Shown piece by piece: positions 21,172 through 28,517 of a stretch of 59,206 nt of DNA. Position 1 is the first letter of the stretch. The number at the start of each line of letters is the position of its first letter. Both the position numbers and the translations under genes were made by a program. The notes beneath the pieces were generated by a model, which was not told the DNA's origin, made no database searches, and was given only the letters and a program-made list of their open reading frames with translations. Origin of the DNA: a bacterium (lineage in GTDB: Bacteria > Zhuqueibacterota > Zhuqueibacteria > Residuimicrobiales > Residuimicrobiaceae); NCBI GenBank assembly GCA_036788095.1, contig DAIQOA010000004.1, positions 1-59,206 on the forward strand, written 5' to 3'.

Positions 21172-21517
21172 GGGTATCCTCCACGCCGAGGATCAAAATT
21201 GCGGTCACCTTGGCCCAATCAAGCCCTCCATCGGGCTTGACAGGGATCGGATCATGGAAAGGAGTAAAAATCAAGCGATAGGGGTGGTCTAAATCCAGCG
21301 ACAATTGAAATTTGCCGGATCGCTTCCCTTCAGTGAGTTCGTGACAGCGACCCGGCCCTGAGTAGGGCGGCCAGAAATCATACAAGTTATTTGCGGCACG
21401 CAGTTCCGCCATGCGTTTTTTAATTTTATCGGCTTGACGTGCGCCATGCTTGCGCTGCAATAACGCGCCGTTATTGAATTCTTTGCTGATCTTGGCGTTT
21501 GTGAAATATACGTCCAT
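21164..21517 (-). CDS. higB: HigB/RelE-family 'killer' toxin
   Basis: RCHELTEGKRSG...SLDLDHPYRLIF...ILGVEDTH, typical of plasmid-maintenance killer proteins; overlaps higA start. Confidence 0.85.
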   Translation of the reverse strand: MDVYFTNAKISKEFNNGALLQRKHGARQADKIKKRMAELRAANNLYDFWPPYSGPGRCHELTEGKRSGKFQLSLDLDHPYRLIFTPFHDPIPVKPDGGLDWAKVTAILILGVEDTHD

Positions 21518-21539
21518 TTTAATTCCGAATCAAGCTTTT

Positions 21540-21562
21540 TTATTAACCTAATAGGTTAATAA
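21540..21562. promoter_or_regulatory. Palindromic operator upstream of higB (probable HigA site)
   Basis: TTATTAACCTA-A-TAGGTTAATAA, perfect 11-bp arms, 23 bp upstream of the higB start. Confidence 0.7.
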
Positions 21563-21720
21563 TATTTTTAAGTCGCTTTCTGCTAAAATCCCGGGTCGTA
21601 CTCAAAAGAGGTAAACAATGTTCAGGAGTACTATTTTTGTCTTTGACGACACGATGATGCGCTGAACAGCGCTCATCAAAGGACAGTCAATTAACTTTGT
21701 ATCATAATGCAGTCAATCCC

Positions 21721-23442
21721 TTACCTGTGATCTGCAGGGTGCATCTGCAAAGCGGCCTGAATCTTTTTTCCAGCAGTCAGTTCCGCAACCAGGGCGTTGA
21801 GCAGCTTTTCTCCGGCGGCGCGGGAGGCGGCGAGCTGCCTTTCCAACTCGTCCACCAGGGTCATCAGTTGATCCACTTTGGCGACGATGCGGTGCTGTTC
21901 GGGGAGAGGGGGAATGGCTATTGGCAGCTGCTTCAGCTTGGATGCTTTTATTCCTTTGGCAGTTATGCCAGTTCCATTCTTATCCAATATAAATTTAAAT
22001 TCTTCGCTCAGAATCTGATTAACTAAAAAAGAAGAGTCGATAGCCCCATAGCTCTGAAAACAGATGACTCGTTGTGCTAAAGCGAATCGTTCTTTCAGCT
22101 CGACGACAGCTGCGTTACCCATCGGTGCTTCAGTAGTAAAAAGGACGTCACCCCGCTTCGGAAAACCACGTGTCATCCATTCATGATAATCGCTCTCAGA
22201 TAAAAACTCCTCGGGAAAAAGGTCAATCTGGTTTTTGCGAACGTTCTTTGCGGTGAGCAACCGTATACCCTTAGATAATTTCACTGGTGTTTTCCCTCTG
22301 TAATCAACAAACAGTACAAGGTCAGTCAGTGCACGCCATGACCAGGGGTTCGGAATTTTCCATCGATCATCTGCAGACAATAATCGTTGATTATCCTTGA
22401 CTGCTCGATGGTCATATGCTGCTTTTTTCCGCCGCTGCTCATCGTTTCGTGTGAGCAAGTCATCCACCGACTCATCATGAGGATCTTGAGGGACGAGTTT
22501 GCCCTGGACGGCGAGGGTGAGGATGGTTTTACGCAGGTCGGCAGGAGTGATGAAGTACGAGGAGGGGCTTTGTGCCTCTGTGCCTTTGTGAGAAACCTGC
22601 TTTAATTTTCTCACGGAGGCACGGAGGCACGAAGAGGGGTAGAACAAGAGTTCAAGGTTGACGGGTGTTGGCGCATTAGCGAAACGAGCTAAAGACGCGC
22701 GGGCCAGCGCCGACTTTTTTTCCTCCCGTTCCTTCTGCTCCGCCTCCAGCCTGTCACATAACGCCATCAGCTCATCCACCTTGGCCACAATCCGTTTCTG
22801 CTCAGCAAGGGGCGGAATCACAATAGGAGCAGATTCTAAATCTTTGGTTCCAAGTCGTGGCATTTTCATGCCGTAGTTTTTTGCTGCGGCGTAACGAAGA
22901 AAAGTCGTAGATCGAAGAAAAAACCGAAGAAAATCGGGAGAAAGAAAATTTAAAGGCCTGAGTGGGATAATCTCGGTTGTACAATAACCTGCTTTGGGGG
23001 CAATCACGACCTTATTCAAATACGGGCGAAGTTTTCCGTACAATACATCGCCAGCTTGAAAAGCTGCCTTCGTACTTCGCGAGCGCCGATCGTAAAATTT
23101 AGCAGTTTGGATTATGGCACCGGTTTCACCGTTAATGTCCTCTAAATCAAGCACCCATGCGTCATCAGGAATAGTCGATGGGGAAACTTTTGCAGCGGCT
23201 CGACACTCGGCCGATGCTTGTAATGTTGCCCACCACCATCCCACTGGTGCTGGATAAGGAACCCCACTCTCATCTATTGCCTCTCCGTACCTCTGTGCCT
23301 TTGTGAGAGATTTTTCACATCCCTCTTGTGCGACCAGTTTCCCTCGCACCGCCAACTCTAGCACCAACTCCCGCATCCTCTTCACCGCACCGGGCGCTTC
23401 AGCGAAGAGGTCAAACTTTTCAAATAGGGTTTCTAGGATCAT
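21721..23442 (-). CDS. hsdS: Type I restriction-modification specificity subunit with two in-frame repeat segments
   Basis: Two TRDs (GDVLYGKLRPYL; GDVLFTTEAP) and repeated PPLxEQxRIVAKVDxLM conserved regions; ATG at 23442 (MILETLFEKF). Confidence 0.93.
   Translation of the reverse strand: MILETLFEKFDLFAEAPGAVKRMRELVLELAVRGKLVAQEGCEKSLTKAQRYGEAIDESGVPYPAPVGWWWATLQASAECRAAAKVSPSTIPDDAWVLDLEDINGETGAIIQTAKFYDRRSRSTKAAFQAGDVLYGKLRPYLNKVVIAPKAGYCTTEIIPLRPLNFLSPDFLRFFLRSTTFLRYAAAKNYGMKMPRLGTKDLESAPIVIPPLAEQKRIVAKVDELMALCDRLEAEQKEREEKKSALARASLARFANAPTPVNLELLFYPSSCLRASVRKLKQVSHKGTEAQSPSSYFITPADLRKTILTLAVQGKLVPQDPHDESVDDLLTRNDEQRRKKAAYDHRAVKDNQRLLSADDRWKIPNPWSWRALTDLVLFVDYRGKTPVKLSKGIRLLTAKNVRKNQIDLFPEEFLSESDYHEWMTRGFPKRGDVLFTTEAPMGNAAVVELKERFALAQRVICFQSYGAIDSSFLVNQILSEEFKFILDKNGTGITAKGIKASKLKQLPIAIPPLPEQHRIVAKVDQLMTLVDELERQLAASRAAGEKLLNALVAELTAGKKIQAALQMHPADHR
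22557..22639. repeat. Hairpin element (R arm 22568-22595 + L arm 22607-22634) inserted in frame in hsdS
   Basis: 28-bp inverted arms with 4 transition mismatches and an 11-bp loop; flanked by ACGAGGAGGGG (22557) / ACGAAGAGGGG (22629), exactly 72 bp apart. Confidence 0.85.
23281..23310. repeat. R arm of the CACRRAGG repeat inside 5' hsdS
   Basis: CTCTCCGTACCTCTGTGCCTTTGTGAGAGA; shares an exact 19-mer (CCTCTGTGCCTTTGTGAGA) with 22575-22593. Confidence 0.85.
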
Positions 23443-23463
23443 AGCATTTCCATACAAGCTATT

Positions 23464-23526
23464 CTCTCACAAAGGCACAAAGCCCACAAAGAGTTTCTCC
23501 TCTATCCCTTTGTGCCTCTGTGAGAA
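23464..23526. repeat. L+R arm pair in hsdM-hsdS intergenic region
   Basis: CTCTCACAAAGGCACAAAGCCCACAAAG ... CTTTGTGCCTCTGTGAGAA; 17/18 inverted match. Confidence 0.85.
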
Positions 23527-23536
23527 CAGATTTTCT

Positions 23537-24991
23537 TCATCTATTGAGCGCTTCCATGAGCTGCGCTTTCAGCTTTCCACGGGTTTCCGCTATCTGCGCC
23601 AGCAACTTTTCGTATTCGGGCAGAAGGTGGTCCACATCACCAGGACCCTCGTCGTCGTTATGCGGATTCTTAAGATCGAGGTTATAGTTGCCGGCCTTGA
23701 TCTGGTCGATGGACACGCGCCAGGCGAATTCGTTTTCCTCTCGCGTCTTGTAGCCGTCGGTCTCACTGCCCCACCAAACTCTCTCCGGCTCGAACTCTTC
23801 GATGCGAATGGGTTTGGTCTTGTTGTAGCTCTTGGCTCCGGCTGGATAGGGGTGCTCGTAATACCAGACTGTTTGCGTCGGCGCGCCCTTGGTAAAAAAG
23901 AGCAGGTTGGTGCGGATGCCGGTGTAGGGATTAAAGACGCCGTTGGGCAAACGAACAATGGTGTGAAGGTTGCATTCGTTGAGCAATGCCTCTTTGATCC
24001 GGGTTTTGACGCCTTCGCCAAAGAGGGTGCCGTCGGGCAAAACCAGACCGGCGCGGCCGCCGGGTTTAAGTATCTTCATCAGCAGCACAAGGAAAAGATC
24101 AGCGGTTTCGCGGGTGCGGAACTCGGATGGAAAGTTGGACTCGATGCCATCCTCCTCCATGCCGCCAAAAGGCGGATTGGTGACAATCACGTCCACCCTC
24201 TCCCTTGGCCCCCAATCTCGCAGAGGCCGGGCCAGGGTGTTGTCGTGACGCACGTTGGTGGGCACATCAATGCCATGTAGAAGCATATTGGTCATGCACA
24301 GGATGTGGGGAAGATGCTTTTTCTCGATGCCGGAGAAACACCCCTGAATGGTGCGCTCGTGGGCCGCGGTCTTGGCCTGCTTGCGCAGGTGGTCGATGGC
24401 GCAGACGAGAAATCCGCCGGTACCGCAGGCGGGATCGAGGACGGTCTCGCCGAGACGGGGATTGACCTGCTCGACAATAAACCGGGTGACGGCACGCGGG
24501 GTGTAAAACTCTCCGGCATTGCCCGCGGACTGGAGGTCCTTGAGGAGCTTTTCGTAGATGTCGCCGAAGAGGTGGCGGTCGTCGGAGGCGTTAAAGTCAA
24601 TGCCGTTGATCTTGTTGATCACCTGGCGCATGAGGGTGCCGTTTTTCATATAGTTATTGGCATCCTCAAAGGCGGTGCGGATGAGCGCATGCATCCGGTC
24701 GCCGCCGGTCAGGGCTTTCAGCTTGAGCAGCAGGGTGTTGTTGACAAAGTCAAGCAAGGCGTCGCCGGTGATGCCTTCCTCGTCCTTGGCCCAGGTGGAC
24801 CAGCGCAGGTGTTTCGGCAGCGGGGATTTGTAGCTGTCGCGCAACAGCGTCATCTCTTGTTCCCGGTCGTCAAAAATTTTCAGAAACAACATCCAGCCGA
24901 GCTGTTCCAGACGCTGGGCATCGCCGTAGGTGCCGGCATCTTTGCGCATAATATCCTGAATGGTTTTGACGATGTTGGAAATGTTGGGCAT
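23537..24991 (-). CDS. hsdM: Type I restriction-modification methyltransferase (N6-adenine)
   Basis: GEFYTPR, DPACGTGGFL, TNPPFGG; start at MPNISNIVKTIQ with GGAGG SD. Confidence 0.95.
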   Translation of the reverse strand: MPNISNIVKTIQDIMRKDAGTYGDAQRLEQLGWMLFLKIFDDREQEMTLLRDSYKSPLPKHLRWSTWAKDEEGITGDALLDFVNNTLLLKLKALTGGDRMHALIRTAFEDANNYMKNGTLMRQVINKINGIDFNASDDRHLFGDIYEKLLKDLQSAGNAGEFYTPRAVTRFIVEQVNPRLGETVLDPACGTGGFLVCAIDHLRKQAKTAAHERTIQGCFSGIEKKHLPHILCMTNMLLHGIDVPTNVRHDNTLARPLRDWGPRERVDVIVTNPPFGGMEEDGIESNFPSEFRTRETADLFLVLLMKILKPGGRAGLVLPDGTLFGEGVKTRIKEALLNECNLHTIVRLPNGVFNPYTGIRTNLLFFTKGAPTQTVWYYEHPYPAGAKSYNKTKPIRIEEFEPERVWWGSETDGYKTREENEFAWRVSIDQIKAGNYNLDLKNPHNDDEGPGDVDHLLPEYEKLLAQIAETRGKLKAQLMEALNR

Positions 24992-25001
24992 TAAATATCC
25001 T

Positions 25002-25157
25002 CCCACAAAGGCACAGAGACACAAAGTTCATTAATCACTATGGATGAATCGGCTATTGTTTCATTCACCTTGGCGCCTTTGTGCCTCCGTGAGAAACATC
25101 AAGCCGAGGAATGATTGGACTCAGGATCACCTCTCACAGAGGCACGGAGGCACAGAG
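25002..25157. repeat. Three arms (L 25002-25026, R 25069-25096, L 25131-25157) between hsdM and the GxxExxY gene
   Basis: Same TCT-(CACRRAGG)x3 consensus in alternating orientation. Confidence 0.85.
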
Positions 25158-25569
25158 TATTTCATAAAACGCCATTGATGATACGGGTGATGCCCTCTTT
25201 CATGAGTTCATCCCCAAAATTCAGGAGATAACCCAACTTGTAACCGGTCAGCCGTAAATAGGTCAGCAGCTGTTTCTTGTGAGCAGGACTCACCTTCTCC
25301 ACTGATTTCAACTCGATAATCACTTTGCCGTTTACGATCAAATCAGCCCGAAAGCCTTCATCAAAACTCAATCCCTCGAACACGATGGGCACGGGTGCCT
25401 GCCGCTTGACCGTCAGGCCGGCTTGCTCGAGCTTGCGCGCCAAAATGGTCTCATAAACGGTTTTGAAAAACCCGGGACCAAGAGCCTGATGTAATTTTAC
25501 CGCTTGATCCACAATGATTGATCCAATATTATTTTCATTCATCTTGGCGCCTCCGTAACGCTGTGAGAG
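25131..25569. mobile_element. Putative 439-bp element: GxxExxY gene bounded by inverted repeat arms
   Basis: L arm 25131-25157 and degenerate R arm 25543-25569 (about 20/27 inverted match) abut the gene ends. Mobility is inferred, not shown. Confidence 0.5.
25162..25542 (-). CDS. GxxExxY family protein (PD-(D/E)xK nuclease fold)
   Basis: 126 aa; LHQALGPG..., RADLIV...IIELKSV..., QLLTYL...GYLLNF; the signature reads GFFKTVY. Confidence 0.9.
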   Translation of the reverse strand: MNENNIGSIIVDQAVKLHQALGPGFFKTVYETILARKLEQAGLTVKRQAPVPIVFEGLSFDEGFRADLIVNGKVIIELKSVEKVSPAHKKQLLTYLRLTGYKLGYLLNFGDELMKEGITRIINGVL

Positions 25570-25578
25570 CCGTTTATG

Positions 25579-27948
25579 TTAAGCGGCCTTTGCATAAAGG
25601 GCTGTTTCGAGCTCACGAACGGCATCAAGGTAGCGCTCGCGGCTACCGAAAAAGTTGATAATTTCCACCGGCGTGCCAAAAGAAGTAAGCGGGTCGACCT
25701 TGAGGATTTCCATTGATTCGACACTGGCAATGCCGCTATCAGCATACTTAAACAGAAGCGCGTCAAGAACGGCGCGGGCCTGGTCGCCGTACTTGGCAAA
25801 GACATGCCGTTTCCTCACCCTTTCCGCACGTTCCCGGCGCGTGAGCGGCGGCTGATCAAAAGCGACATGACAAACAAGATCAAAGGGATCATAATTGCGG
25901 CCAACCTGCTCTGCAAGCTCGTCGAAAAAGACACCCTGATTGACGAGCTCCTCGATAACCGCCTGCTTTTTATCGGCATGGTTCCAGGTGGTTAGGAAGG
26001 CGTCGAGGGAGGCGTAATTTTTGCGCACGGACTTGCGCGCATAGTCCATGAGAGATTCAGTGATGAGTCTCCCGTATTCATCCAGGTATTGGATGCGCTC
26101 CATGACCACACTAACTGGAACGCTGTCCACCACGTAGCGGATATGCGGTTGGGGAGATTCGCCGCCGAGATCAGAACCGGGCAGCAGCGGAGGGTTGATA
26201 GATTCGCCACCCGGCGAGGGATCTGTGCGCGGATCGTCCGGAGGTACGGACGGCTCACCAGGGCCAGGCTCGTAAATCTGCACAGGATCACCGTCAAAAG
26301 TGGGATCGGCAAACAAGGCAGTGGCGCGACGAAAATCCATAATGGTAAAATAAAACTTGTTATAATCCTCATTGATACGGGTGCCGCGTCCGATGATTTG
26401 CTTGAACTCGGTCATCGAATTGATGATCCGGTCAAGGACGATCAAGTGGCAGGTCTGTGCATCCACGCCGGTGCTCATCAGGCGGGAAGTGCAGGCAATG
26501 ACCGGGTAAGTGGACTCGGGATCGATAAAGTTATCGAGCTGGGCCTTGCCCTCTTCATTATCTCCGGTGATGCGCATCACGTACCTGGAGTTGGCGGCGG
26601 CAAGGTCGGCGTTGTTGTTGACTAAAGCCTGACGCATACGTTCCGCGTGATCAATGTTCTCGCAGAAGATGATGGTTTTGGCGAAGCGATCGGTGGCGCG
26701 GAGAAATTCAGTCACTCTGGCGGCCACCGTCTCGGTTCGCTTTTCAAGCACGAGATCCCGGTCGAAATCGCGATCATTGTATTCCCGATCCACAATGACC
26801 TGGCCGTATTTGTCGGTCTGGCCAATTTCCGGCCGCCAGCCGCCAAGGTCCTTGTCAAGGCCGATGCGCACGACCTTGTATGGGGCGAGAAAACCATCCG
26901 CGATGCCCTGGCGGAGTGAATAGGAATACAGTGGCTCGCCAAAGTATTCGATGTTGGAGATATCACGAGTCTCTTTGGGCGTGGCGGTGAGACCAATCTG
27001 AGTGGCCGTGGTGAAATACTCCAGCACCCGACGCCAGCGCGCGTCATCCGCTGCACTGCCGCGATGACACTCATCCACGATGACGAGATCAAAGAATTCG
27101 GGTGAAAACTGCTTGTAGATGTTCATCTCCTCTTCCGTGCCGGTTACGGCCTGGTAGAGGCTCAGATAGATTTCATAGGATTTATCGATCATGCGGTGGG
27201 TGATCTTGGTCATGGCTTTGCCGAACGGTTTGAAGTCATTGGTCTTGGTCTGATCGGCAAGGATATTGCGGTCCACGAGAAAGAGGATGCGCTTCTTCGC
27301 ACCGGCCTTCCACAGCCGCCAGATGATTTGGAATGCCGTGTAAGTCTTGCCCGTGCCGGTGGCCATGACCAACAAGATCCGGTTTTCGCCTCTGGCGATG
27401 GCATCGACGGATCGATTGATCGCGATGTGCTGATAGTAACGCGGAGCCTTGCCGGAGCCGTCGTCGTAATAGTCCTGGATATTGACCTGTTGCTGGTTAT
27501 CGGTCCAGCCTTTTGCCGTGCAGTAGCGCTGCCACAGTTCTTCGGGCGCAGGGAATTGGTCGAGGGGGATCTCGCGGGTGACCCGGCCGCCGGTTGCGGT
27601 GCGGTCGTGCTCAAGAAAAGCATCGCCATTAGAGCTGTAGGCAAAGGGCACATCGAGAATTTCGGCGTATTCGAGCGCCTGCTGCATGCCATCGCCGACT
27701 GCATGGTTGTTGTCTTTGGCTTCGATGACGGCAATCGGAATGTTGGGTTTGTAGAACAGCAGGTAATCCGCCTTCTTCGCCTCCCCTCGCCTCACCGTCT
27801 TGCCGCGGACCATGACGCGGCCTTTGGTAAAATAGGCCTCTTCGTGGATCTGGGTCATCAGGTCCCATTTGCCGCTGTTTGCACCGGCCAGTGCGGGTGT
27901 GATGAACTTGGTGCGGATATCGGCTTCCGTGAAGTATTTTTTTTTCAT
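25579..27948 (-). CDS. hsdR: Type I restriction enzyme R subunit (EcoAI/EcoEI-like)
   Basis: ADY...IEAK nuclease motif, MATGTGKT, DECHRG, STGVD, QIIGRGTR, EcoEI-type C-terminus; start at MKKKYFTEADIR. Confidence 0.95.
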   Translation of the reverse strand: MKKKYFTEADIRTKFITPALAGANSGKWDLMTQIHEEAYFTKGRVMVRGKTVRRGEAKKADYLLFYKPNIPIAVIEAKDNNHAVGDGMQQALEYAEILDVPFAYSSNGDAFLEHDRTATGGRVTREIPLDQFPAPEELWQRYCTAKGWTDNQQQVNIQDYYDDGSGKAPRYYQHIAINRSVDAIARGENRILLVMATGTGKTYTAFQIIWRLWKAGAKKRILFLVDRNILADQTKTNDFKPFGKAMTKITHRMIDKSYEIYLSLYQAVTGTEEEMNIYKQFSPEFFDLVIVDECHRGSAADDARWRRVLEYFTTATQIGLTATPKETRDISNIEYFGEPLYSYSLRQGIADGFLAPYKVVRIGLDKDLGGWRPEIGQTDKYGQVIVDREYNDRDFDRDLVLEKRTETVAARVTEFLRATDRFAKTIIFCENIDHAERMRQALVNNNADLAAANSRYVMRITGDNEEGKAQLDNFIDPESTYPVIACTSRLMSTGVDAQTCHLIVLDRIINSMTEFKQIIGRGTRINEDYNKFYFTIMDFRRATALFADPTFDGDPVQIYEPGPGEPSVPPDDPRTDPSPGGESINPPLLPGSDLGGESPQPHIRYVVDSVPVSVVMERIQYLDEYGRLITESLMDYARKSVRKNYASLDAFLTTWNHADKKQAVIEELVNQGVFFDELAEQVGRNYDPFDLVCHVAFDQPPLTRRERAERVRKRHVFAKYGDQARAVLDALLFKYADSGIASVESMEILKVDPLTSFGTPVEIINFFGSRERYLDAVRELETALYAKAA

Positions 27949-28517
27949 TGGTTGTCCGGCCGCCTTTTCCTTGCCAAAAGATGACATCCCTATCATAGAC
28001 TTTTTATTCCCGACTACTGATTCATCCCTGCCTTATGAATGCACAGCCGCTCAGCATAAACATAGACCCCACCGTCAAGGCAGCGCCACGAGGGATCCCG
28101 CCCAGTGATTTTGCACCCTCCTAAAAACAAACTTGATTCGTTTGCCGGCCCACTCACCGCCGGGCCTTAACGACGATCATCAAAAGCATGTTGCTATGCG
28201 CGTTTGGAATGTCCGGGTCGAGCGATAATAGAAAAAAAGCGCAATCCAGTCCACACCATGAACTCGACCGCGCTCTTCTCCTCTCGAACCCCTCCCGGTA
28301 TTCTTCGGCTAATTTTTTAATGTTACAAAAAATGACGGCAAAAATCAAGAAAATTGGCAAAAGAGCACTTTTTGACGTTCATAAAAAAAAGCATTACAAA
28401 CCCGAGCTTTTCACGTTCTTCATTGAACTACCGCGGACAAAAACCGGTGGTTCGCGATCTCAGTCAAAGGAACCACTGGGTCTCCTTCTTTAGCATGAAT
28501 GCTCTGCCGGCGCCGTC

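Noticed and set aside
21850-22830. Repeated PPLxEQxRIVAKVD segments in hsdS as an inversion system
   Set aside because: Normal internal duplication of HsdS; direct orientation, diverged at DNA level, and no silent hsdS copies or invertase nearby.
24992-25024. MCLCAFVGGYL N-terminal extension of HsdM
   Set aside because: It is a translation of the repeat arm; the GGAGG SD points to ATG 24991.
23464-25157. Intergenic hairpins as integron attC sites
   Set aside because: No RYYYAAC/GTTRRRY cores bounding the hairpins and no intI in the window; the resemblance is only architectural.
22557-25569. CACRRAGG repeats as a CRISPR array
   Set aside because: Orientation alternates, spacing ranges from 11 bp to about 1.5 kb, arms lie inside genes, and there are no cas genes.
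28110-28500. Short ORFs between hsdR and the VIT/vWA gene
   Set aside because: Mutually overlapping and low-information; no family signal.
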